DNA of 61,739 nucleotides, the filler included, from Chiloscyllium plagiosum (lineage: Eukaryota): assembly GCF_004010195.1 (NCBI RefSeq). It is 3 parts of one record of this genome, joined end to end, with 100 filler letters (N's around TTAATTAATTAA, not from the genome) between each part and the next. Parts side by side here need not be neighbours in the genome. Positions count along the whole stretch, not along the records: positions 32,004 to 56,340 come from NC_057714.1; 2 more parts are not named here. The stretch is one strand, 5' to 3'. How positions within the stretch are numbered: position 1 is the first letter of the stretch; each line of letters opens with the position of its first letter. This document shows positions 35,061 to 47,831 of the stretch, piece after piece. Under the pieces are notes generated by a model. That model was not told where the DNA came from and did no database searches. It worked only from the letters and a program-made list of their open reading frames with translations. The translations under genes and the position numbers were made by a program.

Positions 35061-37689
35061 ATCAGTGTGCCACTGTTGTCACTTTAGAGCTTAATGCCAT
35101 CTCTTAAATTTATGCAGCTAAACATGCATTAAGAATCAAGAAGAAATACTTCAGACACCACTCCAATGTCCCAGCAAGTAAGATCATCAACTACTTACAG
35201 TTTTTTGTTTCAATTTTGAGTGACCACTCCTTTCCATAACTACTTAAAGTTGTTGAAATCTATAAGGAGTAGTCTGGTGCATAAGTGACTTCAAGGTTCT
35301 ACATAACTCATTTTCTCCCAAATGTGGGTGCACTAGTAGGCATTCCATTTGGAAGACAGCATGAACAGTGGCCATACAGAACCTGCTATGCAGTTAACAG
35401 AGGGAGAAGTGGCCTCTCACAAATAGATTATATATCCAGATTATCTATTAACAAAGCAAATCTTCCACGCAAGCCTAAGTAGAAAGAGGCTGTACAATTC
35501 CTATGCTTCGTTAAGGAAGTTCTCACACAAATCTGCTGTAGCGAGCAAGAACAAGGATTTAATACCGGGGTTGTGAAGGTGACTGTGGTAACAAAGATTT
35601 GATTCCTTTTAGGCTGAAGATGGAGATATCTATAATGGTAAGCAGTTTCCATTCCATTGACCCTCTCTGCTCATTATGAACTAACTACATTTCAAACTCT
35701 TTTACTAGAGGAGGGTAGGCAGAGACAACATGTAGCTTTACTTGGATTGCAAGAGAACACTGACTGCAAGAAAATCACTTTGTGGGCACTGCACATCAAC
35801 ACTGCCCCACTTGAAGCAAAAAATGCCTCAGCAGTAACTATTACAATAATGGCCAGCACTTGCACAACATCCCCGCCACCCCCCGGGCCCCTCCACCCCC
35901 CTCAGTGGGTGTTAAAACATACAAGACTACAGCCAATTGCCAATGTAGTTACTACAGGTGGAATGCTGATATCATTTCACACAGCAGACAGCAAGAGTTA
36001 CCACATTTGCCTATGTTGTAATTGGCAGGAAAGGGTTAATCACCTTGCACAACACCCACATTCATTTTACAGGGTTATCAAATTGTACCTGCTGTAAAGT
36101 TGAGAACAGTGACTATTACCCTTCAAAATTGCTTCATGTCATTTAATCTAAATTTCCCCAGACAAATATTATTGTAACAGGATCTGACTAATTGGCTGAT
36201 AAAATGGATGAAGAATCAAAATGAGATCTAGAACCTGCCTGTGCATATACACAAAAAAAGCTTGTAAATTTGAAACAGTTCCTGCACCACAGTTGAACAT
36301 GAACTTGAAATAGCCATTATGCAGTCAGGCATTGTACCTGACTTGTATCTCACTGTAAAGTTTAGCAAAAAAGTTTCTCCCCTTTAGCAGGTGATAATAT
36401 TATAATCACTTTCCAGTGCTAATGTAGGGAACCAATTTAAATATTTGTGTTGACGAATCTTATGGCTGAAATATGTCCGGAAATGTGGAATACAGACAAA
36501 AAGAAATAAGTGTAGCCTTTGAGTTACATTGGCAATCCTCCACTTTGTCCTCAGATTGTTTTGAAGTTAAAGAGTTGGAGTCTGCTGCAATTAGTAATTA
36601 ACTTCAAATATGTCAACAAAGGGATAACATTTGCCAGCATTGTTTTGTGGGTTGGTGCAAAGATTAAGGATACAATTTTCAAAACCACAGAATCCAGAGT
36701 AATCATCAGTTTATGCTCCCTTTCCTCCAATTGGCATGACGTACCCATGTACATTACAGTCTCTTACCGGAGTACGGGTTAGTCATGAAAATCTGGTGGA
36801 GGCCAAGCAAGCTCAAGAGTTAAGTGATATCAAAACCACGCACCAGAAAATTAAAAATGTGGAACTGAATGTTTACTTTAGTCAAATGGAAATAAATGCT
36901 TTTAAAATGTATGGTTATGTACATGGAAAGAAACTAAAAATTCTGTACAAAAGGCACAATGTTTCAGATACTGGAAATTTGAAATACCGACAGAAAGTGC
37001 TAGAAACACTCTGGGTAGTGAAAGAAGAGTTTCAAGGCTTGTGCTATTTTGTCAGCTTTGAAACAATGGGTTTAATGTTCCAAACTCTGAGAAATTTTGA
37101 TGTCGGGACTATTTTTGGGTTCCAACCCCATTCACAGCAGAAGCAGGACTTCAAGTACAATGTCGATTAAGCCATCCAAAGTCCCTCTGGGATGACTGTC
37201 TAGTTAAGGATGACAGGTGGGCTAAGGAGGAAGGAAGAACTCTGGTAATATGTTGGTAAGAGGCAACTTCACTGCGGCAGTAGTGAGAGCTGCTGAAGAG
37301 TCTGGAATGTAAGCGAGAACAATGCAATATAACAGAGAGGAAGCTGACAGCACCTCAAGGCTTCTGTTAAATATGGGTGGTCTCTGTGAGATACTGCCAC
37401 AATGGCAAGGCAATGTTGATTGTTGTATTTCTTATTAGCCATGTAAAAGTTAGAACAACCAATTGGGCCTTTGCTTCTGCAGTTGTTCCCTGTGAGCTGC
37501 ACAGCTATAGATTCTGTGGGGATCTGTTTGCCTCTGGGAAAATGTGAGTGTCTGTTAAAAATTCTTGATGATTTCTCTATTGATGACCTCCAATGCCTTC
37601 TTGCTATTCCCATAATGGTTCCTGACATTTCTCTAACCTGTCCCTGGAAAAATAATGGGGAAGAAGTTCAGAAAAGGTGAAGGTTTGGT

Positions 37690-40600
37690 TCTATTAGCTA
37701 ATGGTATATTAGCAACTCGGGGAGGGATGGATTAAGTTCTGGAAACTGGGATGCAGTTAGGGTACAGATGAACAATGATTAAGGCAAAAAGTCACTTTTG
37801 AGAGTGGTGGAGAGGCCAGCTAATAGGACCTACACTGTGGGAGAGAAGATAAAGGAAGAAATAATGGGAACTTGTCAGAAAGGCATATCAAAAGTCGTAG
37901 GGAATTGTTATCTACATATGAATTGGAAAAATCAGACAGACAACGGTAACCTAAATAAGGGGTTCAAAGAATGTTTTTAAAATAGCTTCTTAGAACAGCG
38001 CTTTCTGTAGCCAACCAGAGAGAACGCAATTCTGGACCAGATATTGTGCAATGAGATAGGGTTAATTAATAATCTCATGGTGAGAGTGCCCCTGGTTTGC
38101 AACAGCCATAATAAGATTGAAATTATTTCAAGGGAGAGAGGCTTGGTCCCAGAAGTAGTATTTCAACCTTAAATCATGGCCATGATGAGGCACAAAAGCA
38201 GAGCTATTTTAAGTGCACTGGCAAATTGAGTTAAGAGGTAGCTCAATAGTGATACGGTGGCAGATTTTAAATGGACATTTCAGAATCTCCAGAGAAGATA
38301 CTTTCCAGTGAGAAAGAAAAATTCAAAGGGAAAGTCCAACAATCTGTGGATAACTAAAAGAGTTAAAGATAATATCAAGCTTAAAGAAAAAGCATACAGT
38401 ATAATTGTTCCAAGGTCAAAAGCTTAGATAGATTATAAAGAAAGCAAAGAATAGCTAAAAGATTAATGAGGAGGGGAAAATAGTGGAAGAGAGAAAGGGA
38501 GCTAGAAGTATAAAAAACAGATATGAGAGTTCCCATGATACTTCAAAAATAGTCCAAAAATTAAGATCGGACCATTCAAGAATGATTTTAGAAAGCATTT
38601 CTACATACAAAGAGTGGTAGAGGTTTGGAACTTTCTTCCATGATCTGCAGTTGACGATAGATCAGTTCTTAGTTTTAAATCTGAGATAGATAAACTTTTA
38701 TTCAGCACAGGTATTAAGGGATGCAGGGCCAAAGATGGTTAAATGGAGTTAGGCCACAGATTATGTTTCATCATGGTCATGATCTCATTAATTGGCAGAA
38801 CAGGCTAAATGTCCTATTCCCGTTTCTATGTTCCAAGAGAAAGGAAAAGTTGACAGAATGGTTCTATATAAAATGACTCGATGAGTTAGATATCTATTTT
38901 GCATCTGTCTTCACAATGGAAGATATGAGTAACAATACAGAAATAGCTGCAAATGAGGACAAAGGGAGAGGGGAGCTCAGGAAACTTTTAACCACACAGG
39001 GAGTGGTACTAATCAAATTGCTGGAGCTGTCAAGTCAATAGGTCTTGATGGGCTTCTTCCAGGTTCTTAAAGGAAGTGAGTAGTGAAATAGTCAATGCTA
39101 TGGTGTTAATTTTCCAAAATACCTGAGGTTCGTGGAAAGTTTCATTAGATTGGAAAATGGCAAGTGTCACTGTTTTATTCAAAAAGGTAGAAGGGAGAGA
39201 AAGCAGGAAACTGAAGGCCATTTAGTTTAACATCTGGATTGAGGGGTCGGGGGACATCTGTTAGAAGCCATTATTGATGACATTATTACAGAGTACATAG
39301 AAAACATCAAAGTCAAGCAGAGTCAGCATGGTTGTGTGCAAGAGAAATCATGTTCAATCAATTTATTGGAGTTCATTGGAAAAGTAACAAGCATCGCAAA
39401 TAAAGGGAAAACAATGGATGTATCATATTTAGACTTCCAGAAAGTATTGATAAAGTGCCACATCAAAAGTTATTTGGAGAAAATGACTCGTGTTGTGGAA
39501 GGTAACATAATGTCATGGCTAGAAGACTGGCTAACTAACAGAGAAACAGAGAACAAATGGGGTCATTTTCTGGTTCACATGGTGCATTGAATGATGTGCC
39601 ACAGAGATCAGTGCTGGGGCCTCAAAGTTTTACAACTTAATTAAAATGTCTCGGATAAAGGGACAGAAAATATGGTTGCTAAATTTACTAATGACACAAA
39701 GATAGTAAGGAAAATAATTTGTGAAGAGGACACAAAAAATACCACAACTGAATGTAACTAAGTTAATTGGTTGAATAAAGATCTGACAAATGGAGTGTAA
39801 TGCCAAAAATTGTGAAACTGTCCATTTTTGTAGGAAGAATAAAAAAAAACATTGAAAAACATTTTAAGAAAACATATTATCTAAATGGTGAGAGGATACA
39901 GTGAGATCCAGGTATTTTAGTGCACGGACAGCAAAAGGTTAATATGCATATACAGCAAGTAATTGAGAAAGGCAATGGAATGGTATTGTTTATTATTAGA
40001 GGAATTGAAAACAAAAGTAGGGAGGTTACAGTTTAGTTATATAGGTCACTGTTGAGACCACAACTGGAGTGCTGTGTACAGAATTGGTCAGCCTTTCTGT
40101 TGTATGTATTGGAAGTAGTTCGGAGGCAGTTTACTGGACTAATACCTGGAAAGGAGAAAGTGAGGACTGCAAATGCTGGAGATCAGAGTCAAAACGTGTG
40201 CCACTGGAAAAGCACAGCCGGTCAGGCAGCATCCGAGGAGCAGGAGAGTCAACATTTTGAGCATATATTCGAATACCTGAAAAGGATATGTTTTCTGATC
40301 AGTAAAGATCAAACAGGCTAGGTTTACACCCTTTGGTGTTTGAAGAGTAAGAAGTGACTCGATTGAAACACTTAAGATTCTGATGGTTCTTAACAAAGTG
40401 GAGAAGTTGTTACCCATTACAGTTGAATTTAGAAGTAGCGGTCACAATTTAAGTAAAAACAGTTGTCCATTTACAGCAGAAATTAGGAGAATTTTTTCAG
40501 AGGGTTGTGAATTCTTAGAACTCTCCTCCTCAAAAGGCGACGGAGCAGAGTCTTTGGCTATTTTTAAGATAGAGGCAGGGAGATTCTCGATGAGCAAGGG

Positions 40601-40700
40601 AGACATTTTACCAGGGTGAGCAGCAACGTGGAGTAATCAGATCAACCATGGCTTAAAGGCTGATGGGCCTACTCCTGCTGCTAAATTGTATATTGGTATG
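37690..40700 (+). mobile_element. Old CR1 LINE ORF2 (EN to 3'UTR) with a nested CR1 3' end (~38575-38835) and a PLE insert
   Basis: RPANRTYTVGEKIKEEI, KSCSINLLEFI, YLDFQK, RPQLECCVQNWS. Heavily decayed. Confidence 0.85.
40153..40271 (-). mobile_element. 119-bp PLE family A 3' end insertion with 12-bp TSD
   Basis: TSD aatacctg(g/a)aaa at 40141-40152 and 40272-40283. Confidence 0.85.
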
Positions 40701-41039
40701 CACCACCATCTCCGGCTGCGTGAACCGTTCTCTCCCCATATGTTGCCATTTCAAAGTATTTCCTACATTTTGGTTTTCATGTACGTATTTCATAATTGGT
40801 TTTGATTAAGCTGCACTTTTCAGATTGATTATTAGATTAGGCTTCTGACTTTCCAATGTAAAGATGTACATAAAAAGATGTATAAAAGGAGTATCATGTT
40901 CAGTACAATAACATTTGGGGTTAAATTGGGGGCGATAGAAGATGGACATGGATATTGTGATACATTGTTAATTTGTTCCCATTCAGTTCAACATGCCAAC
41001 TATTTGCTACCTATTTATTACCATTGTTTTGTGTAGACA

Positions 41040-41950
41040 GCACTAACTGTCCTGTTCAATGGCTGTATTTAACAGCAGGGAGCTCAATATTGTTACTAGC
41101 TTTCAGCACTTAAAGCTAGCCCTGAAAGCAATTAAAGGGAACTACATTGTGCTTGGGCAAACGCTATGATTCAACTGATTCGGATATGGGAAAGAGTGAA
41201 GAATGGCAGACCATAAGAAAGTGTACACACCCAGAATTTTAAACATTGCTTTTGTTCAAGGAGGTGAAAAGAGGAGAGGCATTCCAAATTCTGAGGTATC
41301 AAGAGACTGTGCAGTCCCAAGATGAGAAGGCAGTGGAAGTAGAAAACCATGGAGGTCTATGCTAGGTGAGAAGTCTCATGATCTCAAAGGAATTATCACA
41401 GTCTATTCACCAAGCAGTTTGAAGAATACTGACTCACTCATTCCTGCAAGCCATGGTAACACAGAATGGGAGGTGGCAGAACTGTCCGGAGGGAAAGAGG
41501 CATGCTTAGACATCCTGATCCTCATGAAGGAGATACCAAAAGCCAATCTAGGATATACTGACTGAGGCCATAGTCAGTATTCACTGAAGATGATGCATCT
41601 GAGTATCTAATCTTTCTTCTCATATCACACTTCCTCCTTGTCTCACAAACTCTTCTAATTTGCAAGTTGCACATGGAGTAACTTTCTAATGTTTTCCTCT
41701 CCCCTCTCTGTAATCTTATCCATTGTCTCTTAATCCTTTCAGATATTGGTGACGTTTAACTTCACTAGGGATCAGAAGAAGAGCAAGAAGGCAGTGATGG
41801 AGAAAGCACAACACCACTCTTTTGTCCTTGCAGCCACCAGCTCAGATAGTGACACAACAGGTAATTTAAAAATTAAATAGGAATCTGAACATGGCGAGGC
41901 ACTGAGCATGAGTGTAGTACAGCTAGGGCAGTGTGCAAGATGGACAGGTG
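41040..41950 (+). mobile_element. Possible Harbinger Myb/SANT-ORF relic
   Basis: Weak resemblance only (..VQGGEKRR.. and RRQW-like segments). A similar antisense relic may lie at ~59300-61050. Confidence 0.2.
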
Positions 41951-44285
41951 GGGCATACTACGAGTTAGAAACAGAGAAAACATATCAAGCAGGAAACCAT
42001 TCTGTCCATTATGATTGTGCTAGCTAAAAAAAAATTAATAAGCCTAACTCTACTTTCCAGCTTCCTATCTCTGGTCCTATTTCTCATAAAACGTCAGGGT
42101 GAAACAGTAGTATAGTGATAATGTCACTGGTTTAGTAATCCCCCACATCTTCAAATCCCATCATAACAAGTGGTGAAATCTGAATGGAATGAAAATCTGA
42201 AATTATAAAGAAAGCCAATGTAATGCAATCATGTACCACAGTTAATGGAAGAAAATTTGCCACCCTTAACCGATGTGGCACCTGACTCCACACCCATGGC
42301 AATGTGTTCGTCTCTTAATTTAGGGATGGGCAATAACTGACGGTCGAGTCAGTGATGCCTACATTCCCTACGAACAAAATATCCATGTGCTTTGGAAATG
42401 TAACGAGTGTTTCTGCTTCTATCACCCTTTCAGGAAATGAAGGACATGCAATGCACCCTTTAATGTATTTTGTAGAATATGGGTCCCAAGAAATTTAAAA
42501 GGATCATCTTATGCATAAATCTACAGGGATCATTGCCCTACCACCCTTTGGATGAATATAATTTTTCTCAATGTCTCTTTAATCTTTCCACAAGTACTTT
42601 GAAATGATGCCCCTGGCTGATGCACTCTCAATTAGGAGAAATAAATCTTCTCATCTATTCCATCTAGCTCCTGCATAATTTTACTTACATCTGGCTCCCT
42701 GACATTAGATCGGGGTGAGGTTGGCGGTGGTGGAGGTAAGAATACTGGCATCAAGCAGCATGCCAGTTCCAAGATACTGTTTGTGGGACTGGCATATTCA
42801 TCAGGGTGGGGAGTGATTCATCAGGAATCCAATTCCCCTCCTTATTATGGACAATTAAACTGTTTAAAAGATTGTAAGGGTTGTTGAGACCAGAATTTAA
42901 ATTTCTTAGAGGGTTGCACAGCTCACCCGAGCTTTCAGAAATACATCTGTGGAAGGGAGGCAGTTCTGGAATGGTGCGACAGGCATCGCTACCTAGTTCT
43001 TCACTTTGACCACGTAGGCAGTGCAATAGGGGATTCAGCACTTAGAATAAAGGAGCCTTTAGTTTAGTACAGGTGACTGGAGAGTGAAGAATCAGCTCCA
43101 GGACATTGAATCACATTCCAACCCTCAGCACTGTGGGGCTAAAAGAGCAGTGAGCAAAGCTGCCAAAGATATCCAGACAGCCATCTGCACAGAAGGAAGT
43201 CTGCATCGGGTAATGTGGGCAAGACTGTCAATATTGACAAAGTGGTGAAAAGGGGCAATACACCCCATAGGATCAATGGATCTGAGAACAGCAGCTTGCT
43301 GTTGGGAGCAAAGAGGGGCAGAGGAAGCACTTGTCTGAATGCAGCTGACCAGGTGTGTGGTCACAATCAGCTATTGCTCACTTCTGATGTCCCCCCAGCA
43401 CTGGTTTCCTTGCCCTGTCAGTAGCTGACAAAATCAATGTAACTTTCTTTGCTGCTGGCTTGTTCCAAGGAGCACATGTAGGCTACTACTGCATCTCCCA
43501 GGACATGGATTTCAACTTTCCTAGGCTGGACAGTGTGACAATTACAGATATACCTGATTCTCTCAGTTACAAGAAATTATCAGTTGCACTCAATAGCAGT
43601 GCCCATTGAGGTACTCAGCAACTGTCCACTTAGACTTTTCAAGAATAAATGCTTCTACTTTGGATTGAAGATGGCAATGTGTCAAGTTTGTGTCTTTGTG
43701 AGTGGCTTGCAGACTTTGCCTGAGACATAGGATGATCCTCACACCTTCACGTTCCCTTTTGCTCTGCTGCCATTTTGGCCCTGTGACCATTCACCCGTCC
43801 CCCTGCAGCCCATTTATAAAAAACTGTTAATGTCCCCAGTTTAGCGCCAGAGCCATTTGTCTTTGTGAATTGTCATATACGTGTTGGCCATACATTCTTC
43901 CCATGTGTGATGGTGACCTCTGAAACCTCACCTCTGGGAGCTCCCTGCTTGATTCTCCACTCCAGATCCCTCCCTTCTATCTGAAAGTGCCTCTGCTCAT
44001 AGTAACCATTCCCTAAGTGACCCAATCCAAGGAAAAACATTCTCAGACTTGAGGTTCCCTCTTTCCCCAGGATTTCATGGAAAGCCCCTAGTAAGACTCC
44101 TGAAGATTACCATCCAAAACCTTAGGACTGACCAAGGCCCACACTCTTCTACCACCCCCTCAGCATCCTGGACTGACTGGTGAGGACATTAGCACTATGG
44201 CTAGCCCTATCCCTGGACCAAGCTCTCTACTGACAGATTCTGAAATCCCCGCACAGGGTATACTTGACCTGATCATTAATAGCAA

Positions 44286-45070
44286 GATTCCCACACTAGT
44301 CCGTTGTTTATGACACCCGGCGCAAGTTGCTTAAGAAGAATGTACACATGCACGGGATGGTGAAGTGGCCTTGTAGTGCTCAAACAAAAATGATATTACT
44401 CAGTTTAATTCTGTCCTGGCCAATTCTGAAGTGGCCATTGAAAGATTAGGACTTTTTTTGTTGAGATTTAGAGTTTTTCCATTCTCATTATATTTTCCCA
44501 ACTTTCTTATGATTGGCCATGCTGCTCAAAGGAGTGAAAAACCTCACCTATTGAATTGGAGCAAAAGCCAGTAAACTACCAATTAACCAGTAAATAGTTA
44601 AATATTGCTGGCCGTGGTGGTGGGGTGGTGGTGGAGGGGGGTGCGGGGGTGGGTGGAATTCTTCATCCTTCTAATGTCATAACTAATTGACTACGACAGG
44701 GCTTTGGCAGAAGTGGAAAGCTGTCAAATGAATTGCTCACCTCCAACCAATGTTGTGTGCTGTTTAAAGTAATTGCCTGCCCACTTTGTGTACTTCCAGT
44801 GGCTGTTAAGTGTGTGTACTGCCCACTGAAACAATATGACACCCGGCGCAAGTTGCTTAAGAAGAATGTACACATGCACGGGATGGTGAAGTGGCCTTGT
44901 AGTGCTCAAACAAAAATGATATTACTCAGTTTAATTCTGCCCTTTTATGCTTATTGGCTGATATTAGACTTGTTGTGTGATCTATTAAGTCTTTTTTTTG
45001 ACATGCTGCTGCCCTGAGATTAATGAATGATGTCAAGACAATCAGAAAACAACGGACTAGTGTGGGAATC
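44286..45070. repeat. Composite local duplication: 24-bp inverted copy plus 105-bp direct copy
   Basis: 44286-44309 is the reverse complement of 45047-45070. 44309-44413 = 44835-44939. Confidence 0.95.
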
Positions 45071-46764
45071 AGTGCACTATCATTGCCATGTTTTCCTCAA
45101 TTAAAAAGCCATTCAGAACACTTTTATGATTCTAGCCTGTAGAGTTGTGTATCATCTGTTTGGAATTCTGCCAGAGATGACATCAAGCATCACATTTTAG
45201 GATTTTGTTAGAATCACAACTTGATGCTATATTCTATTCATGTTAAAACTGTGATGTTTATAATGTATTTATACTCATTGTATTTGTGTGGTGGTCAGCC
45301 TGCGTGGGACAGTTTCCTACTGTTTCTGTTTGATGCCTATGAGGCAGCCTGGAATTTGTCTCCAGATAACATATCGACAAATTAACATGCGATCGAGAGA
45401 GGTTTGCAATGCAGAATGTAAGGGCCTGGAGCTACAATGGCCCAGCTTCTTCTAGGCTATGCTCTGGACCTCACATAATAATCTTGACATAATTTTCTTT
45501 GTCCCAAAAATATATTCATAAGATTAGGAAAAATACATTACCCAAAGTTCAAATTTGACATTACATGAAGTGCAAAATGGTTTAATTTCTTTCATTACGG
45601 TGGCATTGCTGGCACTATGTGGCTGCACGTGCACGTAGCTCAGCAGAAACATTATATAGAACACTAATTTTCCTGTACTGCTGAGGTTTCTGTCTGAGTC
45701 AGGGGTTGGGGTAAGGCATTCTCAAGTCCCCATGAAAACAACGATGTTTAACTTAATGCCCTGCAGACATTATACCATTTGGATTTTAACTCCACTGTGT
45801 GGACAGAATTAAAATTCCCCCTTTCTCTCTTCTTAGACATCATGGCTCAAAATCATGCAAACACATACAATTAATACTGCCATGTTGCAATTTATTTAGG
45901 GCCATTAAATCATTTATTCCCACTAATATGTTTACAGAGCTGTTTTATGGTGCTATAAAGAAAGGTTCTGTTTGAGCAAGTACCTTTATAAATAGCTCTT
46001 GTGATTGCTTAAGGCAAATTTGCTGCTAAAATAACAGAGATCTGAAGACTTTTCCTATGTACAAAATTTATTAATCGACTAATGAAGCTATACTTTTAAA
46101 AATTATTAAGCTTTCATTGCTGTTGCTGGCGACACATTGTGATTTTTACCACCATCTATATGTTTTCTTAATTAGCAGTAGACTATCATACTTCTTATGT
46201 AGGCAGCAATATTGAAGTAATGTGGCTAAATGACCTGGAAGCATTGCTCAGATTTACCCAGGAAACTTCAGTGGGCTAGCTTAGAATTATTTGTGCTATT
46301 TGAACCTATCATCTAAACCAACCTTTTTTTTAGTTTATGTGCGCAAAAGCTTTCCACTGTACTTAGGTACATGTGACAATAAGTCAAATCAAATCAAATT
46401 AAATTTTCGTTACAGAAACTTTATTTCTGGAGAAATGGGAGCTGACTTTACTCAGCAGTACAGTAGACTTCTCCTATATTTCTAACAGGAATCCAGTGAA
46501 ATGGCTTGGAAATATGTCCTCACCTGGAAATGGATCATCCTAAACTGTGCTTGACATTCAGCTTTAATAAGGAAGGGAGGGATTTACCCTGCCCTTAATA
46601 ATGTAGGGAGACCATAGGGGAGGAGCATGAGCTAGGTCTAAAGATGGGACCCATTACATTAGGTCTTCTCACTTTGATATCAATGGGACCTGGTGTATTT
46701 TTGGAAATCTGTACACACAGCAAGATAAGGTCGACTGGCCTCAACAAGGATATAAGTATTCTTG

Positions 46765-47050
46765 CTGAAAATGTGTTGCTGGAAAAGCGCAGCAGATCAG
46801 GCAGCATCCAAGGAGCAGGAGAATCGACGTTTCGGGCATGAGCCCTTCTTATAGGCCGGAGTGGGGGTGGGGGCGGAGAGGTCAGGAAGAAGATTGCAGG
46901 TTAGGAAGGTGGTGCTGAGTTCAAGGGATTTGACTGAGACAAGGTGGGGGGAGGGGAAATGAAGAAACTGGAGAAATCTGAGTTCATCCCTTGTGGTTGG
47001 AAGGTTCCTAGGGGGAAGATGAGGTGCTCTTCCTCCAACCGTCGTGTTGC
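46765..47050 (-). mobile_element. PLE family A fragment with 14-bp TSD and an internal deletion through the hammerhead CUG
   Basis: TSD tataagtattcttg at 46751-46764 and 47051-47064. ATRRLEEEHLIFPLGTFQPQGMNSDF. Confidence 0.9.
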
Positions 47051-47831
47051 TATAAGTATTCTTGACTGAGAACCTAACTCCCATGAATGCACAGATGTGC
47101 AGAAGGGAAAATGGTGCTTAATTGAAAGCTTTTATCATAGAGATCCATAATGTCAATGCTCAATGTTTATTTAGATAAGATTAAGAGTTGTCAAGTGCAT
47201 GTACTTTGTAATACTGATGTTTTTAAAGATCTGATAGGTTGACACTTTTGTAGACTATCTTGACAACAGATATTTTTAAGAAAATAATGAATGATTGATT
47301 TCAAGCTTTTCAAGATCCACACATCTTGTTACTACAGGGTTCATTGGTTCTGTACAGGATGTAAACTGGGTGAATGGGAATCAATGAGCTATGAGTTGGC
47401 ATGAGGAGAAAATAGGGGTGAGTGAAGAAGCATTTATGTGGCATAGGGAGAGATGAGGGCGTTGAGAGAATGTAAGGGATAGAGAGTTTATTATTACAAA
47501 AAACAACTGGGACAAAGTCACAGAGAACTGAAGCAGGCCTTCTAATAATTCAGCTTGACACTTGGCAGGCATTATGACTGTCTCCAATCAGTAACCAGGG
47601 TTTGAGTGGCAGATCTCCTTATCCCAGACATCTGCTGAGGCATTTTTTTCCTACAGCTGCACACTCAGACAAGAAATTTCTCAAGTCATGCTAACTACTT
47701 CTAGCATGAAAATCCATCAATAAATGGTTTTCCATAAATTTAGTTGGAAAATGATTGTGGTTTCAGGAATGGATGTCAACCAAGCAGTGTGTCAGAGAAG
47801 TTGAGAAGTGTGTTGTCAGGATAGAACTGGG

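Noticed and set aside
35657..37680. Several 119-146 aa ORFs
   Set aside because: No domain similarity recognised; partly overlap decayed repeats.
44614..44656. G-rich tract with G-quadruplex potential
   Set aside because: Low-complexity run, common in this genome; no supporting context.
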